Source: Atractiella rhizophila (lineage: Eukaryota). From it: a stretch of DNA of 64,000 bases. The stretch is taken from positions 81,445-145,444 of the forward strand of contig MU271180.1 in the NCBI GenBank assembly GCA_021432655.1. Direction: 5' to 3'. Below are positions 40,743 through 53,727 of this stretch, in pieces. The translations under genes were made by a program, and so were the position numbers. Position 1 is the first letter of the stretch. Every line of letters starts with the position of its first letter. A model generated the notes under the pieces. It was not told the DNA's origin. It did not search any database and was given only the letters and a program-made list of their open reading frames with translations.

Positions 40743-42007
40743 ACGGGTAAAAGTGGATTTCCGTCATAAAGAATTTTTCCTTTGTATTGACTGTACAGAG
40801 ACGAACAAGCGGTATTTTGCCACCACTCTTTCGGGTCTCGGGTCTATACTTTTCTTCTCAATTTTTCCAGGTGATTCTGGTCTGAATATTGGTCTTCAGC
40901 CAAGCACTCTGAGTACAAGACTTTAGTTTTACATGTGACAGGCGGCAAAGCAGCGAGGTGGCTGAAAGAATTAACTCATGCCATGATCACAACAACACGA
41001 ATTGATTTTACAGCACCTACTGGAAGTGGCACCAGTTGCTTCTTAGGGTAAAAGGATGCTGGAATCGTCTCTGATACAGGTGATGACCATTGATGATTGA
41101 TTATGGCGAGGCGTGATTTTCCACGTATCCGTTCTCTAATGTGAATGCGGCCGAATCTGAGTAAGACTTTCTTCCTCCCAATTACAGCAAAGCACACCAA
41201 CAAGTGGTATGTGTCTGTATATCCCAGCAGTTCATGTCTGCAAACAATTCGGCGCTTTAGAAGGTTGCGTCGGAAATCGAAAAAGGTCTTCAAACCTTGT
41301 CAAATCAAAGCAACAAGTAACAACGGCAGAGGAAAACACTGTGCCGAATTTGCGAGTTGGCGGCAAGACGAAACAAATGGAACAGTACATGGCTGTTGAA
41401 TACAAGCGAAGAGGAGAGATGCTTAACGTCTAACGTTACGGCCTGAGCACTCTGTGCAAGGACGAACGATCAAAGAGCTGATTATGTATATAATTATGGA
41501 CGTTGCAAGGAACGATATTCGAAAGCTAGAAAGCGACCATGCGAGGAACGGGGAGACGACTTGAACGCGTGCATTTTCCAGAGGTTGATCGTAGATGGAT
41601 AACGATTTTGACTTGGAGAGGGTTAAAGGAAGCTTGTCGCTTAGTTTTCTGTTGAGGACAATTTCTCTTTTGCAGCCTCCGCCGGACTGTTACCTGCACG
41701 ACGGAGCACGCGTAGTACGCCAGAACAAAGGCATGAATTCTGCACGAGATTTACGTGGAAGATCGGTCCCGATCATTTTGCAGCAATTCGATGGAGCAAC
41801 ATCACGTTGACCGAACGCTAGAAGAACTTTCCGGCCTCATTTCTTTCTTTCGGATTGGGCTTCTTTCCTTCACCCCTATAAATACGATGGACCTTCTCAA
41901 CCGTCCCCAAGCCAGCTGCTCTCTGCTCCTCCCAGCTTCTCAGGCCCACAAGAGACTCATTTGTCCACACTCTCCTTACCCAACTCACTCTCCTTCAATC
42001 AACAAAG

Positions 42008-42998
42008 ATGGTCGCCATCAAAGCCTTCGCCGCTTTCTTCGCTCTCGCCTCTAGTGAGTTGATCTCTTTTGCCACCGTGAAAATCGCTGATCACGGTCGA
42101 TCTCCCAACTTTCACTCTCAGTGGCTGTCGCTCAGTTCGAGCCTCTCGAAGAACGAGCTTCCTCTACTGCTCCTCAGTTCGAGGCTCTAGAGGCCAGGAG
42201 CATGTTCCCTTCCCGTTCCACTGAAGGACATTCCCTCTCCGGTCGCTCTCAAATTCACCACAAGAGGGCCGTGAACTCGTTCTACGCCTCCTCGTACTCC
42301 AAGTACGTCAGCGACCTCGCTGGCCAAGTCGCCTCCGTCAAGAGCCAGATCCAGACTGCCTGCAAGAGCAAGGGAAAGTCTTCTTCGAGCACGTTCACCA
42401 AGACCATCCACCAGAGCTTGAGCAAGTGTAAGGAGCACGTCCACAAGTGTTGCGGCAACGTTCACAAGTGTGTTAATTCTTTCATTTTCGTTGCTACGTT
42501 TCTGACAACGCTTCCATAGCATTCCCCATCACCCTCATCCTTCTCAATACCCTGGAAACCCACCCACCATCCCTGGATGCGCTGGACAGGTTTCGTGAGT
42601 CCATTCGATTTTGTTGCTCCAATATTTACTGACTGAGGCATGTAGCTCTGTCGTCATTGATATCTCTGATATGGTGCGTTTAACCCACATGTCGTACAAG
42701 GAAAGGGACTGACCAACGATCTGCAGTTCGATGACCTCAAGGAGTCGGTGAAGGGCAATGCCGAGCTTGAGTCCCTTGTTGCTGGTTACAGCCAGGGGAT
42801 CGACGTCGAACTTGCCGATCTTATTTCTTCCGGAGACTCTCTCCTCTCTGGAATCTCTTCTCTCACCCAGAAGTAGTATGTCTTCCTCCCTTGAATCAAA
42901 CATACAAGCGCTGACTGACCGCGCACAGCACGTCCGGATTCGAGACCTCCCTGAACGCGAATGGTTTCTACAACCTCATCGGCTCCTTCCACCACTGA
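42008..42998 (+). CDS. Small secreted Cys-containing protein (6 exons)
   Basis: Signal peptide MVAIKAFAAFFALAS, repeated QFEPLEER/QFEALEAR, HHKR site, then exons ending TSGFETSLNANGFYNLIGSFHH*; TATAAATA at ~41877. Confidence 0.75.
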
Positions 42999-43920
42999 AG
43001 GTCGACCCCAAACACACTTCTTAACTGAAGTCAGTGTCAGAAGCCCAATCCTTCCTTAAAACGTTCACAGATGGGACGGTCCCTTTTTTACAATTTTTTT
43101 TTCTCAACTCCCAAGTTGGACGATTTCGATCAGTACCCCCCATCGCTTTCATTCACTAGAATCTTCATGGACTTCTGACATTTTTGTCTTGTCTCAACAG
43201 CATCCAATCAGTCTCCTGTCTCTCTCTTCAAACAAATGGGCTCTAGGTTTCAACAGTCGCAATCGCTTTCTTTTTCGTTCCGCGCTCTCGGTCTGAGACA
43301 CGGTTCGATGGACTTTTCCTTCTAGACTCTCCGCTTGGAGAATGAATGTTGTTCCGTCGAACTGCATTATTATCATACTTTGGATCCCTCATCTCATCGT
43401 CCCTGCACGTCTGCATTGGCTGGTTGGCTGCCTCAATTATAACGGTGGGAACTACCTCTCTTCGTTGACGTTCTCAGCAGGTTAGTGCAACTTGAGGAGG
43501 GCAAGTACTCACCAACACGAACCAAAGCGAATATTCAAATGCCCTTTCCTCCAAGACTCAGGAGCGTTTATGGTAGCGCTGAGCGCTTAATTTGCTGCGT
43601 CACCGGCCCCCCTCCACATGAATTCCATCGTCATCTTATACCTGTTTGGTGATAAGTTGAAGAGAGCAGCAATATGCGAGGTGCGAGACCAAACCAATGA
43701 GAATGTGGTCTGCACTCGCAGGGCAATTCGCTTTTATCACACCAAGGTAAGATACTAGGAGACATGAATGCTCCCAGAAAGTAGGAGGCATAAGTGCTCC
43801 GGTTACCCCATCATTTGGGACATTCTGAAGCTGTAAGGAAGTCTAGGTAAAAAGTGTCTAGCACACAAAAGAACGCATTCAGGCTAGCAAGTGCAGTGGT
43901 CAGGTTCGCAATGGGAATGC

Positions 43921-45740
43921 TAGGGTGCTCTAGATATACGGCTGTGCCATTCGGGTAGATTTTGCTCCTTTTTCGTTACGGCTCACCCATTCTTGCGTGT
44001 ACAGAGATTATTCGAGCGGCCTTGTCCAACGGACACGAATGGATACCCCTCATTCTTTATGCTGAAAGTAATGCATCACCCGTAGGACATTTATCCATAG
44101 CCTTAGGGGCAATACGATTTTGGGGTGTGGCAGAACTTAAGGTATTGCCATGGGAGATGGCAATACGAATGGCAGAAGGCAGTTTTCAGAGCGTTATAGG
44201 CATATCTAACAGTCAGGCAATATCATTTATTTCAAAAAAGCATCTAATAAAGGGATTCCAATGGCTCAAATGGTCAATTGAGACGGGCACACTTGTTCGC
44301 GATATCTGATCCTGAACCTTCCGCTCTTCGAACCATTGGGAAAGCTGCAGGAATGCATACCACAGAAGATGACCCTCCTTCACTCCTTGAGAAGCGCTCT
44401 TCGTTGCCGTGTCGCTGCTGAGTCTTCACGAGATTCACTTGAAGAATTTCGTTGCATTCCATGGCACCGAATCTGCGGTGCCTTGATGTTCCGACAACGA
44501 CGGTCTCGTCGTCTTAGCTGCTGTCCCATTCTGAAGCATCGCGTCGTAAGCGATGAGATCGTAGCGGTCAGAGGGTCGGGGAAGGTGCTCTCGTCCAAGT
44601 CGTGTTGCTTCAGCCATTTCCTCCTTTGCCTTCTTCAACTCCTGCTGTAAGTTGGATACAAGATCCTCATCGGCAGATACAACTTCCTCAAGGTCTCCAA
44701 TGATATCCAGCTCGTTGTAATCTACAGTATTAATGTAAATAGCTTGCAAGATCATCAGGAAATTGGAAAAAACAAACCTTCAATCTCCTCGACGGTTTGC
44801 GTCTCCAACATGTCTTGTCTTCCACCTTTTCTCCGTTGAAATACTTTCCCTTCTCCTTTCTCTCTCTTGTTGCAAGTCGTCCATCGCTTGATCACGAACA
44901 ATTACTTGAGCTTGGAGACTGTAAGAGGATTGCGATCTCGAGTATGAATGCAACTGAGAACAGAAAAGGTACTTTCAACAACCCCAGCGTGTAGAACCAC
45001 GCTGAAGATGCAAACGGCGACGGAAATGAGTGGATACTGCGATAGAGGAAGGGCCAATTCCTCCCAATACTTCAGGGCATTAAGGGAGGTTTCCGCAAAC
45101 TTCCCCTCAAAGTTATGATACTTGGCGACATTGTCGCAAAGAAGGGCGGAGGCTTTGCTGGAAAGCTTCCAGCGCTCCGCAAGTTGAAGTAAGAAGGATT
45201 TGACATTGGTGAGGTTGCGAGAGTTCGCTATGTGTCGGGAGACGGCGATTCCACGGCACATTGGATGAAGGTAAAGGGTGACAAAAAGGAGGTCAGAATC
45301 GATGGCATGGAACCGGTTCTTGAAACAAGAAACTGCATACTCGAGAATAAGTTCTCCCAGCCGATATCAGGGTCTTCCTCTTGCTCCAAATCCATTTGAT
45401 CGAAGTGCTTTGCAAGATGAAGCAGCTCAAGCGCAACGTCAGCTAACATGCAGTCGGACCTCTCCAGCGCTTCAATCGTATCAACTACAGGACTGACAAC
45501 ACGGACAAGGAACTTGTTCTCTGGGAAGAAGGGGAGATACGATGCAGTGAAGTAAGGACATCGGCATTGATACCCATTCCCTTGCAATCTGTTGCCTCTG
45601 AATGCATGCTAATCTTTCCGAAAGCAGACCTAATACCAATATTTACATTAGTGGATCTGTGAGTAAGTGAAAAGATAGACATCATACTCATGACCAATAA
45701 GAGCATGGAGGAGATGTCCAGTATAGTACCAAGCAAGTTT
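43921..45740 (-). mobile_element. Degenerate hAT-superfamily DNA transposon
   Basis: YWEEL...VAVCIFSVVLHAGVVESTFSVLSCIHTRDRNPLT matches the hAT dimerisation domain; PVVDTIEALERSDCMLADV upstream; frameshifted. Left boundary (tagggtg) is tentative. Confidence 0.75.
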
Positions 45741-46317
45741 CATGAGGGAAACAGACACAGTATCCAGGAATAGGAACACCTTTGACTCCTGGGTCAAGGC
45801 TTGCCACCGGGCAGAAAGACGAGTAGGGGAGCTGCAGAGGGAGGTGGATAAGCTGAAGATGGAAAAGGACGTCCTCGAGGAGGAGACGAGAGCAGTAACA
45901 GACGAACGGAATGAACTGCATAACCAGCTCGTCAGCTTAAATGTCCCTACCAAGAGCCGTCCACCCCGCACAATCGACCTTTTGTTTCCTCCCTACACCA
46001 CCCCCCTCCAATCGAACCCTTCGGTCTTGCTCCCCAGCCCCAGCTCCATCAGAACTTCGGACCTCAACCTGCCCAACCCCAGAAGCGGCCACTGGAGGAA
46101 GATGGAGAGATGGAGCTCATTCAGCTGGCCAAGGACCGGAGCACTGCCATGAAAGACCTCATTAACATGCTTTTCGACCAAAGCATGGACCTTGACTTCA
46201 AAAACGCCTCCCCCTAGAACTCAATGTAAGTCCCCAATGTACAAAGTATTCTGTAATACACCAATGTACAACTGGGCCCAACCCTCTGACCTCAAAGTTC
46301 AAGGTTGCCAAAGCACC

Positions 46318-46480
46318 TCAAAGTACCAATGTACGGCAGAGCTCTACACTCCATGCGATAATGTCCCCCAAAGTACCAAAGTATGGCAGAGCCTTGTGCT
46401 CCTCACCTTAATGTACCCAAAGTACTAAAGTGCGGCAGAGCTGCACGCTCTAAGCCACAACATATCTCAAGTACTAAATT
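46318..46480 (+). repeat. Degenerate ~50-bp tandem repeat (3 full units plus a partial)
   Basis: caaagtacyaa.gt.yggcagagc at ~46320, ~46370 and ~46419. Confidence 0.7.
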
Positions 46481-47271
46481 CACAAATCAAAGCCTTTACC
46501 GAACAAAGGGCTATTCCCAAATTGTGGGATAGAATACACTGCGATTCCTTGCAGTTATCACTTGACGGAGTACAGCGTGCTTGTGAGGCTAGGCCTTCTA
46601 ACAATGTAAGATAATATTAAGCTCAAGCGGTAAACGCGAGTTTAAGTAATTAATGTCTCTTCAAGCTAGTAGCGAGATTAAGGCTCAACTTTAAGTAGGA
46701 GCTTAAGTGCATGCAACCTCACAGTTATAAGGTTCTGCAAAAACGTTGCGCGGTCTCGTAAACGCGTGTTTATCACGTGGCACAACTTTATTTTACAACA
46801 GTCTATTGAACTGAGGGAACTTACCGGTACTCCGAGCTTAAGTTTTGCGATCAGGTGCAAAATCAAGCAGTAGAGAGGTGGAAAAAGCTGAATTTCAATG
46901 AGGAGGAGAGAGGCCTTTTATAGGCTCTCAGGACTCACTTGGTTTGTATGTTACAAGAGGTAAACAAAGCAAACAAAGCGAAATATTAGCTAAAATAGGA
47001 AAAAAGCGAAAAATACATAGTAAGCCATAGAGAATCCCCCATTCCTATTGGAGGGATTCTCTGCCGTCCAAGGCACGGATTCAGATTAATGCTGACTCCT
47101 CAGAAAGGATTTAAGAGGAGGAAAGTGGAGGGGGGCCGAAAAAGGCTTATTTCGATGTTTTTGCTCTAAGGTTCCCGCTTCCGAAATAGGAAACGCTGCG
47201 GAATCCTTTGTCTTAAGGTACGCATCTCACAGTGCTAATGTCGTCCCTTCCACCAGATTGTTGCAAACAAA

Positions 47272-48160
47272 ATGGAGAAGTGGATCCTCTCCAACCCACA
47301 CAGTTATGTTCCAGCAATCTGCTTCACCAGGTCGATCAAGGAGGAAATTGAGCAGAAATTCAGAACCACCAACGCAGCGATAAACTCCAGTGACGCCTCT
47401 GTACGCTCCCGTGCCTTCAATAGCCTCGGAGACGACATAATCTTCAAGATCGCGAAGGAGGGAAAGGACCTTAACATCGACCGGGGCGAATGTGACTTAG
47501 CCATGAACAGTTACCTACAGGTTCTTTCGAAAGCCAACAAACCAAACCTTTCGAGGGATTTATGCTGCTTCATCGACTTCATCAAGGATGCCCACTACAC
47601 CTTGCGCCTCCGCGCGGTTTCCAACAGCTCAGCAGCCTGGTTCGACGACTGGCCAATCTGGCACCGGGTAGCCATTAAAAATGCCAAAGATCCACCAAAG
47701 CAATGCCTCAAGTCATTTTGGTTCCCCAGATTAAATACACGCTCAATATGTTGCAGAGCGGGAACAATGGATGCTCCTTGAAGTCGAAAGCAAGTTGAGG
47801 ACCCACACACCACCCACAACTCTTGCACATGCACAGAAGCCCTTTCGTACAAAGTTCGAGAACCACTCCTCAAATGAGCCTTCCGCACCCACCACAGCCA
47901 GTCCCCCCCATCGATCGCGAGCAAGAAAAGACAATCAGTGTGTCCGGTGCCAGTACAACGGTCACAAATACAACGACTGCTACTCCACCAGAACCATTTC
48001 TGAAGCCGGAGGAAAGAACCTGGCTGCTAAAGGTCAGGGACGAGGGAAGCTTATCGTTGAAGGAAGTAGTGATAGGATATGCTTCTTCCATCAACTGCAT
48101 TCTGGATGCAAATGGGGAGACTGCTGCAGCACTGGCATTATTGCTTGTACTCATATAACA
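47272..48160 (+). mobile_element. gag/ORF1-like retroelement relic with zinc-finger motifs (possibly DIRS/Ngaro type)
   Basis: CVRCQYNGHKYNDC (CX2CX4HX4C) followed by CFFHQLHSGCKWGDC; frameshift near 47750. Family assignment is inference. Confidence 0.5.
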
Positions 48161-49127
48161 CTGACATGCCATGTGGTTCCCAGAAGGTTGGAATTAGTCA
48201 TCAGTCTCGAGCATGAGACACCTCGGAACTTGACCGGCTGTTATGGTCTTATCTGGGTGAACACGCGTTTCCAAACTGCGGGTTCCTAGCATTGAATCGA
48301 TCACCATGTGCCTTTCCATAGCCATATGTGGTGCCGCGCACCACTTTTTCATACGAGTCTGCCCGTAACTTGAGGTTTCTATTTTCAAATTAGATATGCG
48401 ATGCTCCCATGCGGTTTCATGGCATTGGGCCCAAATCAACACATAGCACTTGGCAGCCCTGGGTGATGTGGCAACCCAAGTCATCGGTTCGATGTGAATT
48501 GCACAGGGCATAGCCCGTTGCTTCCCCTATCACACCCTGCCTGACATGATGCTTTTTGGGGTTCGTTGCAATTTAGGTGTTCTGGGAATGACAACTGGGA
48601 CTTGTGGGATCACTGATGTGATATTGGAGGCTGTTGTCGTCTTCTTTCTTCGCTTTGCTTCCTTGTGCCCCTACCTTGTGTTGCTGCCTCATGTTCTTTG
48701 GTCGGTTTTTCCGTCATGTTGGACCCACGTTCATGAGAGCTCCTATTCAACTAGGTTTCATATGGGTTGGCTGTCACAGAAAACTAGATCCGACAAAAGG
48801 ACCATGACAATTCTGGAATTGGGGCAGTATGAGCATGGAGCGCTAAGCAATTTCGATATCACCAAACAGGAAATGGGCAGTGAGAGATTGAGCACCCCAA
48901 AGTTTGTCATTGCCTGAGGACACATGACACGTCAGGAACAAAGTAGTCATATCACCGGGACAGCTTCAGGGTACTAGAAACGGGACAGTGTCCAGCTGGG
49001 TATTTGAAGACAATATGTTGCTTAAACTGTCGTCAGATGGCGTTTCCCGGCTTCGATTGAGACATCAGCCATGTGAACAAACCCCTTGGAAATTGCCTGG
49101 GATATCGTACTCTCGAGCCACACCAGC

Positions 49128-49831
49128 AGAGATATCGTCCTCTCAAGCATGCCAGCAGAGAGGGTCAGATCGAATTCAGGGGCTAGGTAGCAGGCAGTGC
49201 GTGTTTGAACTGCGTGCAAATCCGCGCCCAGTCGCCTGTTCTCCCATTTGCGTCTGCATCACCACTTAGCTCATTTGTGCCTATTCTCCTCTTATTAACT
49301 CCGCGTAATCCCACTGTCACTTCCCCCTTTTAGTTCTCTTACATGTTTCATCTCCTCTCCTCTACACTCTGTGACAGTGTTATTCCGCTTGTATATATAG
49401 ATCAGAGAGTAGTGGAGGTGACCTTAGAGTATCCTCTTAGGTTTATCTCCACTACAGGTTAGTCTTCATGTCATATCATGCCCTTTGGTTTATCTCCACT
49501 ACAAACGCATCGCCCGTCGGCAACTGCACATAGTGTCAGCCCTAACAACCTCATAGCCAGCTTACTTAACATTGGACAGGAATTTGTACTCGCCATATGC
49601 GTGTTTGATTCCTGTAAGACTTTTGGTGCAGTGGGGGATTTCATTCCTTACTCAAAACTCGGTAATCCTGCTTTCTCAACCCCTTTACAAGTCTGGCTTC
49701 TCCAACTCACCCCCAATTCAACTTCAACAGTTTCTCCAACTCAGTCATTAGCAACCCACGAAACCCAGTGGCAGTGGAACCACCAATATGTTCCAATTGC
49801 AGATGCATCATCGTCATCCACCACCCTTTGG

Positions 49832-49870
<39 letters not shown>

Positions 49871-50393
49871 ATATCGTCCTCTCGAGCATGCCAGCAGAGA
49901 GGGTCAGATCGAATTCAGGGGCTAGGTAGCAGGCAGTGCGTGTTTGAACTGCGTGCAAATCGGCGCCCAGTTGCCTGTTCTCCCATTTGCGTCTGCACTT
50001 AGGTTTATCTCCACTACAGGTTAGTCTTCATGTCATATCATGCCCTTAGGTTTATCTCCACTACAAACGCATCGCCCGTCGGCAACTGCACATAGTGTCA
50101 GCCCTAACAACCTCATAGCCACCTTACTCAACATTGGACAGGAATTTGCACTCGCCATATGCGTGTTTGATTCCTGTAAGACTTTTGGTGCAGTGGCGGA
50201 TTTCATTCCTCACTCAAAACTCGGTAATCCTGCTTTCTCAACCCCTTTACAAGTGCGGCTTCTCCAACTCACCCCCAATTCAACTTCAACAGTTTCTGCA
50301 ACTCAGTCATTAGCAACCCACGAAACCCAGTGGCAGTGGAACCACCAATATGTTCCAATTGCAGATGCATCATCGTCATCCACCACCCTTTGG
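49128..50393 (+). repeat. Compound direct repeat A-X-B-(A)36-A'-B'
   Basis: A 49128-49258 matches 49867-49997; B 49436-49831 matches 49998-50393; 36-nt poly(A) at 49832-49867. Confidence 0.9.
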
Positions 50394-50639
50394 TGAAGCA
50401 TTTGACGTCTCATCCCCACACATCATACCGTTAACGGCAGATAAGGACTTTACGATTCAATCATCCACGGACCTGAATGGAAATGTCCGCTTGACATGGG
50501 TCTTTGAGCGGTCCAAGTTGGGCTCCGTGTTACACCATGTCTTCAATCACGCATGCAAACTTGACCAAGAGATACATACAATGTTTCTGCTGCCGTGGCG
50601 CATACCCTTATGAGTCTGGTAAGTATTCCTGATTATAGG

Positions 50640-52672
50640 TGTATATTTACATACTGAAACATAAGCTACGACAGCAACGGCTATGTCTGTCATCATCAGA
50701 CTCTCTACTCCTTCGTTCAGCTTCAAACCTCTACATGGTTAAACCATGCAAGATACCAGGCTGTAAAGCCATTGTTCAGCTAAACCACATGCGATTGCAT
50801 GTGGCTGCCCATATTCTTAGCTTTCTCCATCCGGCCACTGTGAACAACCTTCGCACCTCATTCCATTTCCCCCTGCCACACATCTAGAACTGGTGACAAG
50901 AATGTATCGGTATGTTTCTTTCTTTCTCTCTCAAGACCATCTTCTGCTAAACTGACACACTATAACTTTAGCCTGTGTTCTTCACCTGCGGGTTTGTGGT
51001 TTGAATAATGGGAGCTGTTCAACAATGTTGAAGAAGAAGGGGAACGGAGTTGTATTACACTGCCAATTGAAGTTTATCTGAATCCAGCCGTGCCCCACAA
51101 ATTCTGAATGCAGCACTCAGATATGGCTGGACAGGCGAATCAGTTGTATGAGCAACTGGAGAAAGATGAGGTCGCATCTGGATTCAGATGCAGACGACCG
51201 CTTGCATCTGAATGCGCCCTTCATCCAGTCGTAGTGTCAGCTGGACTTAACTGCTACCACCTGAAATCAAATGATTTGCACCTGCGCTCAGCCGCCCCTC
51301 CGTCCGAATGCACCTGCCAACAGCCGTAAGCAGTCAGCTGACATCCCACCCTCAGCCGCCCCACTCATTCGTATCCAGGCGCACCAAGCTGTAACTGTCC
51401 GGACAGACAGCTGCATGCATTTGCATTGCACTTCTGCATTTAGCTGAGAACACATTGTATATCCGCCTGCATGCGTCTGTCCTTTACCTCTAAATATGAA
51501 AGTTTCTTCTTTTCCTTCTGTTCCCATCCTCTGGGCTGGTAGCCATTTGGGCTTCATGTAAGCTAAATAACTTTTCTTTGAAATGCCATCAAATGCAATT
51601 CTACACAACAGCATTGACAAAGATGGTTGGGAAGTTCCACAATCTTGAGCAGTTGGGAGGGATCAGTAAGTATGGGACATGTTGACAGAGAGACTAGATC
51701 CTCGAACCGGGTGCCCAGGACCATGATGATCGGCTTGAGAGGAGTGGCTGACATGTGGAATAAGCCTAACATGGTCTTGTCAGAAGTGGAAGGACTTAGA
51801 CGTTTTCGAAAAAGTGAAGTCATGACGTTGTAGAAACGCTTGTTGCAAAGGGAGGTTAGAAAACATGAAATGTACTAAGCATCTCAATAGGTTAATGGTA
51901 TGTACACTGACACCCATGCTAGACTTTGGGTTTGATCCCCACTGATAACAAGCTTAACATCATCCAAAAAAATCAGAAATAGTGTGGAAAGTGGGAAGTG
52001 TGGAGGCAACGGCAGGAAGCACAAGCGGCAGAAAGAGCGTTTCTTTTTCTAAACCTGTTGTCAAACTACTGACCGCATGCATACAGATGCTTACAGATGA
52101 ACGCAGATGTCATTGCAGCCGTGAGAAGATGGGGGATGTAGTTGCAAGGCAGATGAACATCTTCTGGAGTCAGACGCACATCATTTGCATGCGGACACGC
52201 GCTCAGATGTGACCAGTCGCAGACGGCTGCAAGCAGCCGCAATTCAGATGACTTCAGCTTTCAGATATGGCTGGACAGGTGAATCCAGTTCATGATCAGA
52301 ACAATACAGTTGTGATTGTCTGGTTACAGCTTTTAGATTCAACTGGCCACCACCTGAAATTGAATTGGCAGTATAGGTGGGGTGTGTGGCAGCAGATATC
52401 GTCCTTCAACTTTCAATCACGTTTAAGTGTGGATCTCAATTGACAAAAGGACGGGGAAGAAAAAGTACAAGACTGATAATCCTTCATCGAACATCCCCTC
52501 CCACTGTGTACTTTGTATCAATGCTGAAGGTGTTTCCCTTTGGAGCTATACCATGCCATTCCACCTTCAACAGCAGCATCTGAATGCCACCTATGCCGAA
52601 ATATTAAACCACAATCAAGATGTCTCAACTGTCTTCCCTCCTCCCGATAGTCGAAGTCTCCAAAGTCTTTAA
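50640..52672 (+). pseudogene. Cys/His-rich protein pseudogene split by the 51058-52373 insertion
   Basis: PCKIPGC...HMRLHVAAHIL, RVCGLNNGSC, and PSSNIPSHCVLC...LWSYTMPFHLQQQH; reading frame continuous across the insertion apart from one TAA. Confidence 0.6.
51058..52373. mobile_element. Non-autonomous TIR element, 1316 bp, with TA target-site duplication
   Basis: TA|CACTGCCAATT ... AATTGGCAGTA|TA (10/11 inverted match); internal direct repeats cagatatggctggacagg (~51118, ~52262) and cacctgaaat. Confidence 0.75.
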
Positions 52673-53727
52673 ATGGGAGATTTCAAGACATTTGAGGCAG
52701 AAGAGGTTGGAGGAAAGAGAAAAAGCACAAGGCCACGATACAGTACAATGTGTGCTTGCACAGGTACCGTCTCCTTTGTCTACACATACTTCATCTTCTG
52801 TACAGATGCTGGATAATGGGCCAATGGAGATGGTGATGGGGAATGATGATCGTGCAGCTGACCTTGAGTTTGACCCCCCTTCCATCAGTGTTCCACTCCA
52901 TGTCGGAGGAGCAATTGGACAAAGAGGGGAATGAAGCAGCAATGATTCTTGCGGCTCTCGGGAACGGCCTGCCTGTTTGATTGGTGAGTGTCAGGTTATA
53001 GCATGTTTGGTTTGGTTTCAATGTTCCCTCAAGCTGATGGCAAAAGGCCTAGATTTCCCCTTGTGCGTGGTGCTTCTCATGTACTTAACAGTATGAACTC
53101 TAAACTTGGGCATCAAAAATTCATGATATCCTAGAAAAGCCAAGACCCCCCTTCCTTGAGGTCCGTGGGATATCCGAAATTCGGGTTTTGAACACCTCTT
53201 GAAGGAACTTATCTGCTTGTGATGTCAACTCCGCCTAGTCCCACACTGTCGGAAATAAAGGCGGAATGCCGAGCCCTGCCCACTGGATTTGAACCTAGTT
53301 AATAGGAAATTAGGTAATAGGAAATTAGATTAGAGTTTACGGCTTCCCCCGGCCTGTGCATAAGCTCTGATTGTTTCGTTGCGTTGAACCTTGTGCCCAC
53401 TCCAGTGGTGGTATGGTGACAGTCACCTAGTCCCAACAAGAGTGCCTTAGCATGACTCATTGATGATGGTTGATGAATTTTGTTCCAAATTTTTTCAAAT
53501 TTTTTTTGCCAGTTCAAGAAGCTGTAGCTGTTCAAGGTACATATGAAGAAAGAATGGTGTGATGCACAATTTTGCAAGAATGTATTAGTCGAATTAAATT
53601 GTTAAGGAAGAATATGTTTGTAATAACCATGTCTATCTGAACATCATGTTGAGCGTGCCTGTGGAACCTGCGAACAGTAATCAAGTGATGACTGACGACA
53701 CTCTTTGCACACACGAACACGAACAGT

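Noticed and set aside
49478..50002. ORF with poly-lysine tract
   Set aside because: Translation of the 36-nt poly(A) junction inside a repeat.
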